Shown: positions 18,036-26,605 of the stretch, piece by piece | How positions within the stretch are numbered: the first letter of the stretch is position 1 | How the letters are laid out: the number at the start of each line of letters is the position of its first letter | DNA from: a virus | Taxonomy: Duplodnaviria > Caudoviricetes | Strand: one strand, 5' to 3' | DNA length: 60,870 nt | Virus record (IMG/VR): IMGVR_UViG_3300037484_000304 | Location: 1 to 60,870 of that record | Translations under genes and position numbers: made by a program | The notes under the pieces: generated by a model | Told to the model about the DNA's origin: nothing | The model's input: the letters and a program-made list of their open reading frames with translations, nothing else | Databases searched by the model: none

Positions 18036-18588
18036 TACTTGCTCCCAGCACCCGTGCGTACCTCTCCCGCCACTTCTCAGTCGCCGCCCTTCGGCCGCAC
18101 TCCACCTGCGACACCAGGCCCGTTGTGCAGCCCACCCGCGCTGCAATGTCTGCCTGGCGGAGTCCCGCCGCCTCTCGCATGGCTCGCAGCTCGGCGCCGA
18201 GGGCCACAGTGTCAGCCTTATGCTCTGACGTCAGAGCACGTGGCCCCTTACCCCGGCCACCCAGCTTGCCGATACGAGAATAATAGTCTGCAGGCTGGGT
18301 ATCCCGCAGTTTCTCGCCGCCGAGCGTTCCGATACGCGAATACCAGTCGCGCCCTAGCCTGGCCTTCACAGCATCGCCGCCGAGCTTGCCAATACGCTTG
18401 TAGAAATCTGGCCCTCTTTGCTCGGCTACCTTGGCACCGCCGAGCTTGCCAAGTGCTACGAAGTGCTTTAGGCCATAGCGAGCCAGCAGCTTCTGGCCGC
18501 CGAGCCTGCCTGCCTGACTGACTGTTAGCTCGCCGTGTGCGATGTTCTCTGTTTCCAGTGTCGTCTCAATCATGCTTGCTCCTTTCAT
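18028..18588 (-). CDS. KGG/GsiB-like repeat protein fused to XRE HTH
   Basis: Five 20-aa-spaced (I/L/A)G(K/R/T)LGG repeats, then GLRQADIAARVGCTTGLVSQVECG. Confidence 0.75.
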   Translation of the reverse strand: MKGASMIETTLETENIAHGELTVSQAGRLGGQKLLARYGLKHFVALGKLGGAKVAEQRGPDFYKRIGKLGGDAVKARLGRDWYSRIGTLGGEKLRDTQPADYYSRIGKLGGRGKGPRALTSEHKADTVALGAELRAMREAAGLRQADIAARVGCTTGLVSQVECGRRAATEKWRERYARVLGASSD

Positions 18589-18977
18589 AACAACTTTTCC
18601 AGTGCCCCAGCAAACTCGCCTGCTACCTTGTACGCCGTTCCCACCTCGGTACCGAAAAGCAAACAGGTCTCACGGCACCACTCCGCCAGTTGTTGGATGC
18701 GGTGCCGCGTAAGTGGCCCCGTGGTAGGCGGTGGCCCACCCTCAAGCTCGCCATAGAAGTAACTCAACGGCTTGCTCAGAATGTAGCCAAGCTGTACCAG
18801 CAGGTCGATGTCCAATCCCCTCAGCCCCCGTTCGATATTTGATACCGCCGCGTGAGAGCGTGGTGGCGTTAGCCGCTCTCCCAGATCGCCCTGACTCAAG
18901 CCCCTTTCCAGCCGGGCAGAGGCAATGCGCTCCCCGACTCTGCGTTGCACAGAGTGATCTTGTTTTTGCTTAGGCAT
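18585..18977 (-). CDS. XRE-family HTH regulator
   Basis: RIASARLERGLSQGDLG...AVSNIERG. Confidence 0.85.
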   Translation of the reverse strand: MPKQKQDHSVQRRVGERIASARLERGLSQGDLGERLTPPRSHAAVSNIERGLRGLDIDLLVQLGYILSKPLSYFYGELEGGPPPTTGPLTRHRIQQLAEWCRETCLLFGTEVGTAYKVAGEFAGALEKLL

Positions 18978-19293
18978 GTCGCGTCCATGGAGGCAGCGGC
19001 GGCCGCTCTGGCCCCGGTGGATGTGGCAGGGGATCGAAGTCCGGGCAGTCTGTCACACCCAGGTGAAATTGCCTGCAGCCCCACTTCTGCTTGCAGTATT
19101 CGCAACGCTTCTCAGTCCGTTCTTCCTCTTGCACGCTTGCTCCTTTCCTCTACTTCTTTGTCTGGTGGCACCCACACGGGCACCCGTGCTTCTTGGGCTG
19201 GCCCTCTTTGCTCACATTGCTCGTGCTGCGTGGCCCACGGCGATGGGTGCATATCGGGCAGCGGGCTGGCTTACTCATTTGGTTGCTCCCCTT

Positions 19294-19947
19294 TCATATG
19301 CCTTCCAAGGTGAATACTTCCTGGCTCAGCCTTTGTGCAGCGATTTCGCAGTAACGTTCCTCGATCTCCACCCCGATTGCGCGGCGGCCTAGGTTCTTGG
19401 CAGCACGCAAGGTGGTTCCGACTCCCGCATATGGATCGAGGCATGTGCCATCCGTTTTTATCAACACCAGGATAGCCATGAACAGCCGAACGGGCTTCTG
19501 TGTAGGGTGAATAGCCCTCGATGGCCCGTTCTCTGCCAGCAGAGAGCCACCACCGTTCCACCGGCAATGTATTGTCCGCACAGACGTTAATACATTGGTC
19601 CAAGCCAACTCGGCATCAGACTGATCATTGCTAGGCATGCCGTCTCGCTTATCCCACACGATCCAGCCAGGCGATGGCGGTAAACGGTTTGCAAAGTGGT
19701 TGGCACCAAAGATAACTGACGGCAAGGCGAGCATCAGCAAGTGGGTAGGGTCAAAGGGCTTATCGTCATTTATGACAAACCAAGATCCTTTAGGTCGCGC
19801 ACGCCCCCGGGGCGTGCGCCATCCTATTCCATAAGGCGGATCTGTCAACAGGAGATGTGGGCCATCGATACTCAACGTTGGCAGCACATCCCTGCAATCG
19901 CCGTGGTAAATGACAATCCCGTGGCCATCATCATAGTACGGCTGCAT
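19294..19947 (-). CDS. N4/N6 DNA methyltransferase (beta class)
   Basis: LTDPPYG, HPTQKP, LDPYAGVGTT. Confidence 0.9.
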   Translation of the reverse strand: MQPYYDDGHGIVIYHGDCRDVLPTLSIDGPHLLLTDPPYGIGWRTPRGRARPKGSWFVINDDKPFDPTHLLMLALPSVIFGANHFANRLPPSPGWIVWDKRDGMPSNDQSDAELAWTNVLTSVRTIHCRWNGGGSLLAENGPSRAIHPTQKPVRLFMAILVLIKTDGTCLDPYAGVGTTLRAAKNLGRRAIGVEIEERYCEIAAQRLSQEVFTLEGI

Positions 19948-20238
19948 TCAGTCGCCCTCCACGGGCACGACAATCGCTCCGCCCCGGGCATGCTTCGCCA
20001 GTCGCAGTCCCGGCAGATAACCGCCCTCGATCACCTCCATGATTGTCTTGATACGGTTCTGGCTCGCCTTGCGAGAATCCCATTCCATCAAGTGGGTAAA
20101 TTCGCCTGGTATCATGATCGCCTCCATGCACATGCGGTCCCAAATGCCGCTTGGCGTCACCGGCTTGCCGAGGTGTGCTTCGGCAAAATAGCCACGTAAG
20201 ACGGTGCCCAGGAAATGCTCACTCGGTTTGTCTCTCAT
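19948..20238 (-). CDS. Hypothetical protein
   Basis: Operon packing, RBS. Confidence 0.5.
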   Translation of the reverse strand: MRDKPSEHFLGTVLRGYFAEAHLGKPVTPSGIWDRMCMEAIMIPGEFTHLMEWDSRKASQNRIKTIMEVIEGGYLPGLRLAKHARGGAIVVPVEGD

Positions 20239-20719
20239 GCCTTCCCTTCTCCTGCGTCATGCTGGTAACGAGTGGCAACGTGTGTGCGCCATTGAAGACA
20301 ACTATAGCCGAGGGGAACGGGGCTGAATTCTTGGCTCCGCCAAAATGCAGACGGCCACGTATTAGCCGGATCTCGTAAGCTCGCATGCAATATTCGTGGA
20401 ACCAACGAGTATCAGTGCGTGCAGGTAACAAGCAGACAACAGCGGTGAGCCACTTTCCTCGTATTGTCTCCTCGTATGCTTTCTGCACCCACTTGCCAAT
20501 TTCGGAGCCGTAAGGGGGATTCATCCAGCAGGTAAAGGGCGCCCATGGCTGCGCCAGTCCATCCTGCTCTTTCGTGTAGTACCTGGAACACTTGGCGTTC
20601 TCAGCGGTGGCGCACACGTCGAGGTCGAAGTGGAACTCCCTCTCGAGCTGGTCAAACAGGGCTTGAGGCGTGGACCATTCTCCCGTTGCTGACGAAAAAA
20701 GCCCGTTGTTTATGCTCAC
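20219..20719 (-). CDS. Phage DNA N6-adenine methyltransferase (Dam-type)
   Basis: EWSTPQ, FDLDVCA, WMNPPYG, LLPARTDT. Confidence 0.92.
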   Translation of the reverse strand: MSINNGLFSSATGEWSTPQALFDQLEREFHFDLDVCATAENAKCSRYYTKEQDGLAQPWAPFTCWMNPPYGSEIGKWVQKAYEETIRGKWLTAVVCLLPARTDTRWFHEYCMRAYEIRLIRGRLHFGGAKNSAPFPSAIVVFNGAHTLPLVTSMTQEKGRHERQTE

Positions 20720-21078
20720 AGTTCGCCCTTCCCGACTGCCTCGTGTGCCAGGTCCAGCCGCGTGTGCAGCTCACGGCACTCCTGCACCAGTCGCATGTTG
20801 CGCTGCAGCAGGCTGTCCCGTTCGTCCCGCAGCCGGTTTATCTCCTGCCGCTGGTTGACGTTGAGCGTCATCGCTGTCGTCCGTGCTGCTGCATGCTTCG
20901 CATCCCGCACCGCCAGGCCAGCCTGATACCCCTGCTCATGGGCCTCTTCCAGCGCCTCCTGCTGCACGTCCACGTACCCGCTTTTTTGTAGCACACCCGC
21001 CAGGGCCGAGACGATTGATGCCAGGAGCGCACCTGCCAGGAATGAGAACCAGTCCACGTTACCCTTCCTCTCTCGCAA
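20716..21078 (-). CDS. Membrane-anchored coiled-coil protein
   Basis: N-terminal hydrophobic helix followed by coiled coil. Confidence 0.55.
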   Translation of the reverse strand: MRERKGNVDWFSFLAGALLASIVSALAGVLQKSGYVDVQQEALEEAHEQGYQAGLAVRDAKHAAARTTAMTLNVNQRQEINRLRDERDSLLQRNMRLVQECRELHTRLDLAHEAVGKGEL

Positions 21079-21449
21079 TCAGCGCCACCACCACTGCCAG
21101 CAACACTGGCACGTACAGCGCTAGCCAGGCAAATTCACGCAGGCCGTCAGTCATGGCGCCAACCGTCCTTGTCTGGCCCTCTTCTTCTTCACTGGCTCTG
21201 CAGGCACATCCTTCCAGGCATTCTTGCACATGTGGCAGTACCAACCCTCGAACGGCTGGTCGTGCGCATCCAGTCCCTCGCACGGCACCCGAAAGTGCCC
21301 CTTGCCGCAGATCGGGCACTCAGCCAGCGCACGCCACAGGCCCCACGTCAGCGCGCCCATCGCTCTCTGCGCTTTATTTAGATCGTCGCGATGTCGCTGG
21401 TCGAAGGCTAGCCCCTCGTCAACGCAAGTGTTTACCAGTGCCAGATCAG

Positions 21450-22034
21450 TCACGCCGTCTCCCCTTCCTGCCACTCACAGCCGACGCTCTCCACTGGAAA
21501 TGTGTTCAACCATGCAAAGGCACCATAATAGTTGATGGCAGCAGCATTGTAGGCTTGTGCGGCTTCGGCTACCGTCGCGTAATAGCCAAGGTGGATCGTC
21601 CTGAAAGCGATGGTGATTGCTGCTGCCCATCGTTTCGTGCGTTTGCACAAACACACACCCTTAAATCCACTGGTGTTGTTTTTCCGGACGCCTTGGTTGC
21701 CGCCATTTTGCTGATCCGTACAAGTGCGGAGGTTGTCTTTTCTGTTATCCAGGCCATTACCGTTTACATGATCAGTTTTCAGAACCAAGGGAGGCTTCAG
21801 TATCTGTCTGTGCATGTAGGTGCCTACTTTTTTACCTTTTCTCCTTTCTGTGCGTACTGCATACCAGCGCCCGTCTCGTTGGGCAGCCTGCCATTTGTAT
21901 CGACTTAGTTCCGGGTAGTCTTCATCGTCAACCAGTGCCACCTTTCCTTTCGTCAATTCAATTGTTTTCACGCTTACCTCTTCAGTTCTGGTATGGGCAG
22001 TTTGGCTCTTCGTAAAGATCGCAAGGCGTCTCAC
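21450..22034 (-). CDS. HNH endonuclease with AP2 domain
   Basis: ALVDDED, MHRQI, DHVNGNGLDNR..NLR, SGFKGV, HLGYY...EAAQAYN. True start probably about 21974. Confidence 0.92.
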   Translation of the reverse strand: MRRLAIFTKSQTAHTRTEEVSVKTIELTKGKVALVDDEDYPELSRYKWQAAQRDGRWYAVRTERRKGKKVGTYMHRQILKPPLVLKTDHVNGNGLDNRKDNLRTCTDQQNGGNQGVRKNNTSGFKGVCLCKRTKRWAAAITIAFRTIHLGYYATVAEAAQAYNAAAINYYGAFAWLNTFPVESVGCEWQEGETA

Positions 22035-23088
22035 AACCGCCGATCGGACATTGTTTGCAGCAAGCCTTATCGCCCCTTCGGGGGCAGTCGCCCAGGGTGC
22101 AAAGCACGGGCAGGGGCTTTGGCTCGATGAAGATGGCGGTCATAGCCGGCCCTTTGGCGCTGCTGGATTCGGTGTTGCCAGGCGCCGCCGACACCAGGTT
22201 GCGAAGGTGTACTCCCCCGTTTCGATCCACGCTGCCAGGTGCTCCTGCTCTGCCACTGTCAGTAACAGGTAGCGGCTCCGTTCCAGTGCCGCTGTCAGGT
22301 CCACTTCCTGGCCGTCCACCACAGCCAGCAGGTAAATACCTGCCTGTCTGATTTCCGTGGCTTGCTTGATTGCCCCTACCATTTGCCCCTCCCCGTTGCT
22401 TAGTCGCCCGGGGGCTGGTTCCCCCGGGCTGTGGCCGGCGATCTGGTCGGTGTCACGCAATAAAGGAAAGCAGTCCGCCTAGCTGTTTACGCAACCTAAT
22501 CACCTCCCTTCGCTGGAATGGCGGTTCACTCTGGTACCGTCAAGGTCAAGCCTGGATGCCGGTACCGCGGGCGGCTTTCCCCGCTCTCTCGTTGGCCGAC
22601 AACGCAGCCTCTGCGTCACCAACGCTGCTGATCGGGCAGTCGTCGCAACGTGAGTCGGCCTATTGGCTGCTAATTTGGCCCCTGCAGCAAACTGACCTTA
22701 CGCTCCAGCATACGAACTAGCAGCGCGTGGTAAGTGTCTCCTGGCAGCGCGTTGTTAAGTGCGCTCTCTAGCATCTCCGCCTCTTTGGCGTAGTAGATGC
22801 GGGCCTCTTCCAGTGTCGCGAATTCCAGGTCTTTGACACACAAAGCGATGGTGTAGTCAGGCACTGGACAGGTCTGACTGATGGGCTGCGCCTTAGCGAT
22901 GAAGATGCGAATTGGCTTACCCTCCCGCAGTGGCTTAGTCATTCTGCACCCTCCTCGCGTACCGCGCATCGGCCCTCTCAGCGCAAACCAGCCGGTCCCG
23001 GCAGTAGCGGCCAAACACCCAGCCATGGCCGCCCAGCCAGGAGCGGTCTGTCACCAGGTCCTCCACAGCACCACAGTTCAGACAGCCC

Positions 23089-23117
23089 TTGACCTCTCCG
23101 GTCTGCTGTGCTACACT
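23089..23117 (+). promoter_or_regulatory. Antisense sigma-70 promoter inside a - strand gene
   Basis: TTGACC-17-TACACT with TG extension. Confidence 0.6.
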
Positions 23118-23160
23118 ATCGCTGTGGGTGCTTTGCATGCCGCGCCCGACCTCCACTGCC

Positions 23161-23190
23161 GCCCCGCCCGCCACGGCGGGGCTCTCTTTT
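23161..23190 (+). terminator. Intrinsic terminator
   Basis: GCCCCGCC-6 nt-GGCGGGGC then TCTCTTTT. Confidence 0.65.
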
Positions 23191-23203
23191 GTCTGTTCAG
23201 TTC

Positions 23204-23872
23204 TCATACCCTCTTCTCCTCTTTCTCTGCGAATAGCAGGTCGAGCAGTTTTGCCAGCCGCTGTCGCTGCCAATCGCGCTCATCGTCCCTGGCGGCGGCC
23301 CAGGCGGCGGCCCAGGCGGCGGCCCTGGCGGCGTCCCAGGCGGCGGCCCAGGCGGCGGCCCTGGCGGCGTCCCAGGCGGCGTCCCTGGCGGCGGCCCTGG
23401 CGGCGTCCCAGGCGGCGTCCCTGGCGGCGTCCCTGGCGGCGGCCCTGGCGGCGTCCAATTCAGCGTCGGTTGCCTCGCCGGCAAGGTGCCTCCTCGCTAC
23501 TACTACAGCTTCCCAACTGCGCCGGTCGGGCTCCCTGCCCGCAGCCCGCTCTCGCGTGAGCGCCCGCTCCGCGCAGTCGCAGGCAAACACACGGAGTTGC
23601 TTCGTCACGTCTCTGTAGTCATCCATCCGGCGTCGCCGCGACAGCCCCTTATTGTCGTCCAGGACTACGCCGGGCAGCTCGTCTACGTCCACCAGACAGG
23701 CTACCGGCCCCGGCGCATATTGCAGGGCATCCAGCCATGATGGCGCATAGTGGTAGCCATGTTTGCAAAGGACGAGTGGCCCCTCTACGCTCCGTTCCTC
23801 CCCCACTGCCCAGGGTGGTTCCTCACCTTCCCCTGTTCGCAGGTCGCTCCGTAGGAAATGGTAGGCTCGCAT
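23204..23872 (-). CDS. Phage protein with AA(R/W)(D/A) tetrapeptide repeat
   Basis: LCKHGYH...ALQY N-terminal domain, LRVFACDCAERAL, 14 tetrapeptide repeats, ERDWQ. Confidence 0.8.
   Translation of the reverse strand: MRAYHFLRSDLRTGEGEEPPWAVGEERSVEGPLVLCKHGYHYAPSWLDALQYAPGPVACLVDVDELPGVVLDDNKGLSRRRRMDDYRDVTKQLRVFACDCAERALTRERAAGREPDRRSWEAVVVARRHLAGEATDAELDAARAAARDAARDAAWDAARAAARDAAWDAARAAAWAAAWDAARAAAWAAAWAAARDDERDWQRQRLAKLLDLLFAEKEEKRV
23285..23452 (-). repeat. 14 x 12-bp tandem repeat GCCGCC(A/T)GGG(A/C)C
   Basis: Read directly; only two positions vary. Confidence 0.95.
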
Positions 23873-23877
23873 AACGG

Positions 23878-24117
23878 TTACGCCTCCTTCTTCTCAATGG
23901 CCATACCATCGCGCAAAAAAAGAAGAGCCTCTGGCGTCAGTTCGGGAAAGCCACGAATGGCCCCTCGCACTAACACCATCGACTCCTCTACGCCTGGATA
24001 AAGGTTAAGGCGCACTCGTGTCCACACCGAACGCGTCACGCCCAGCCGCTCAGCCATCTCGCGGTCATTTAACTCCAGTTCCTGCTGCCGCGCCAACAGT
24101 TTATCAATCAGACTCAT
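23878..24117 (-). CDS. HTH (Cro-like) protein
   Basis: LNDREMAERLGVTRSVW; first gene after the promoter at 24147-24175. Confidence 0.75.
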   Translation of the reverse strand: MSLIDKLLARQQELELNDREMAERLGVTRSVWTRVRLNLYPGVEESMVLVRGAIRGFPELTPEALLFLRDGMAIEKKEA

Positions 24118-24146
24118 CTTCTACCCTTTGTCTGCTTTATGTTCTT

Positions 24147-24175
24147 ATAATAACACAACTGACGCTGTCTGTCAA
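24147..24175 (-). promoter_or_regulatory. Sigma-70 promoter
   Basis: TTGACA-17-TATTAT. Confidence 0.7.
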
Positions 24176-24479
24176 GGGGCAATTTCCGTACAGGAACATC
24201 TGGGAGGGGATAAAAGGGTGTGGAAGAAGAGTAAGCAGAGGGGGTAAAGAGGGCCTTTAGATAACGTCTCGGGCGTCGGCCTTGGGCATGTCCAGGCGCC
24301 GCTCGGCTCTTTCGTCACCACCGAGGGCGGCCCAACAGTGGAGGTAAGAGCGCCACTCGCGGCGGTTGAGGCGGTGGGCACGAAGCTTGAGCCAGCGATA
24401 CCAATGTCGCTGTGCCCCGGGGCAGAGGTAGAGGTGCTTCATACGACCGGCCGACTTGGTCACGGTATAAGAGCGCATG

Positions 24480-24757
24480 CGGGGACTCCTACAAGCAGGG
24501 AGGTGATTCGTGTGGCGTGTCGGACCTTCCCCGACCCTCGTGCCTTCTGTCCCGCCCTTGCGAGCGATCTGTGCGTTGACCATCGTACCTGCGATTGTAG
24601 GTGCCCGTAATCCCTCACGAGTTCGTAGCCCTACAAACGGCCCCACAAGGGCGTTACCAGGCGAACTGGTACACGAGCCCTAACGCAGTAAGGCGTGTCT
24701 TCCCACGCCGACGCCACACATGGTGTGCCTTGGTGCTCAGAGCCACCTCCGCACACC
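24480..24757 (-). ncRNA. Candidate structured non-coding/leader RNA
   Basis: Eight mutually compatible nested stems plus a 5' hairpin, with an extended -10 (TGCTATAAT, 24761-24769) upstream. Confidence 0.5.
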
Positions 24758-24784
24758 GACATTATAGCACGTCCGGCTGCAAGA

Positions 24785-24817
24785 GAAAAGCCCCCGGCTG
24801 CACACCCAGCCGGGGGC
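24785..24817 (-). terminator. Intrinsic terminator after holin
   Basis: GCCCCCGGCTG-loop-CAGCCGGGGGC followed by TTTTCTCTT. Confidence 0.8.
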
Positions 24818-24851
24818 CAGCCGCTGGAGGAGGGGCCAGCGGAGCTAGGGG

Positions 24852-25190
24852 TCAGCCATGTGGCGTCGGCAATGGAATGTCCTTGCCGAACAACTCGCGC
24901 AGGTTGCTGCCAATCGAGCCGAGCATGGCCACGCTGATGAGCCCGAACACTACCAGGCTTACCGGCTGCCAATCGGGCATGGCCAGGGCGGCAATCTTGA
25001 GGGCGGCGTAGGTCACGATGTAGGGGCCGACTGTCGAGCACATGAAGTCGGCAAGCTTCTTAAACTCGAATGTGTGAGTCTTGGCAGCGGCACAGACGCC
25101 TGTCACAATGTCCACCAGGACTAGCGCTGCCAGTGTCTGAATATCCCACATGAGTGTCACGGCACGCACAAGGGCCAAGATGTCTTGCAT
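24852..25190 (-). CDS. Phage holin (family-4-like)
   Basis: Three hydrophobic segments; LVDIVTGV..A and SIGSNLREL motifs. Confidence 0.75.
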   Translation of the reverse strand: MQDILALVRAVTLMWDIQTLAALVLVDIVTGVCAAAKTHTFEFKKLADFMCSTVGPYIVTYAALKIAALAMPDWQPVSLVVFGLISVAMLGSIGSNLRELFGKDIPLPTPHG

Positions 25191-26029
25191 GCTTCCCCCT
25201 CATTCTCGTTGACTACGCCATGCTCGAAGAGCCACTTAGCAAACGCTAAGCGTCGGCTCTCCGGCGTCCCCTCGTTCAAGCGGCCGTCAAGCCAGCGCTG
25301 CCGCTGGCGGAGTAGTTCGGTGTGTTGATGTGTAGGCCAGCCTTGGGGCATGTCACACCTCCCTGCTTTCGCCTATAACACGTCTATGCTTTATAGGGCT
25401 GGCGGGAGGTCACGGCAAGGTGCCTATCTCGGCAGCGTTGGGGGTGGCAGCCGACGCCTCGCTGCTCCCGCCGTCTGTATGGTACGCCTGTTAGACGGGC
25501 TTGTCAACGCCCTTCTCCCTCAGCCAGGCTGCCATAGCCCCGCCTTGTCTGCGTTGACATACTGCAGGCAGGCAGGCTGTCCAGACTCCGTAGCTACAGC
25601 CATCTCTGCCAGGCGTCGCTCCGTAAGCGTGTCGAAACTGTGGCCACAGTACCACACCGTGCGCCACTCGTCATGCCGCTCCCGCAGCCAGGTGCAGGTT
25701 GCGCAGGGGCCACCCACGCTAGCCACGACTGTCAGCGTCCTCTCGCTGGTAGCCTGGTGCCTTGCGAGCCAGACGACGCCGGTGGTAGCCGCACTGGCAA
25801 TGAATGGACTCCAGATAGTCACGCTGCGCCTCGGTGATGCGCCCGTGCACGCCGCACGATGGGCAGCACCAGGAGACGGTGTAGTCGGCGGCCAGGAAGG
25901 CGCCATAGTCCGGTGCAGTCGGCGTCACTGGCCAGGTGTAGCCGCAACGAAGGCAGCGCCAGCAAGAGCCTGTCCACTCGCATTCTTCGAACGCGCAACA
26001 AACCGGACAGGTGCGGTAAATCGCCATTG

Positions 26030-26605
26030 CTACTCCATCAAGCTTCTGGCCCAAACGATGCTAGTACGATAACTCTGGATATTCCCGGCGTACTTTACCC
26101 AGTACCAATTGCCGGGCGCTTGATAGCTGCCCGAGTTATAAACAATCATGCCTGCCAGCAACAGATCGTCCCCGGTCAGCGTGGGCTCTCGTTGCAGGGC
26201 AATGTCCATGGTGTTGCGGTAGTGATTGGCCATGATGCGCAGGTTGGTAGCGCGGTCGAAGAGGGCTTCCCGTGCCGCCATCAGGCCGTCCCAGCCACCG
26301 TCGCCCAGGCCGTGGCGAGCAGCTAGGGCGATACTGATCTGGCCGTACCCAAAAGAAATATCGTTCGGGAGACGCTGCTGAATGTCGTTGTAGATGATGC
26401 GCAGGACTTCCCAGTCTTGGGTAGCAATGGCAGACAGGGCCACACCGGTGCGGTCCCCCCATCGCTCAGCCGTTCGCCGCCATGTAGACTCAGCCCGCCC
26501 CAGGGCCAGCAGGCCAACCAGCGGCACGTTGTGCTGTGTCGCCGCGTCCTCGATAAGCGGGCCAATGTCTACAGCGTCAGCATCGGCAAAGCTCAGCCTA
26601 AAGGG
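26030..26605 (-). CDS. Lytic transglycosylase (SLT-like) domain, probably reached by -1 frameshift
   Basis: LIEDAATQHNVP...RAES, SFGYGQI, YNSG. No start codon precedes the conserved N-terminal helix; the frame runs through C CCT TTA at 26605-26599. Confidence 0.8.
   Translation of the reverse strand, partial: PFRLSFADADAVDIGPLIEDAATQHNVPLVGLLALGRAESTWRRTAERWGDRTGVALSAIATQDWEVLRIIYNDIQQRLPNDISFGYGQISIALAARHGLGDGGWDGLMAAREALFDRATNLRIMANHYRNTMDIALQREPTLTGDDLLLAGMIVYNSGSYQAPGNWYWVKYAGNIQSYRTSIVWARSLME

Noticed and set aside
23285-23452. 12-bp repeat as a DGR VR/TR pair
   Set aside because: Both variable sites involve A, but variation is strictly binary and tandem, which fits slippage or recombination better.
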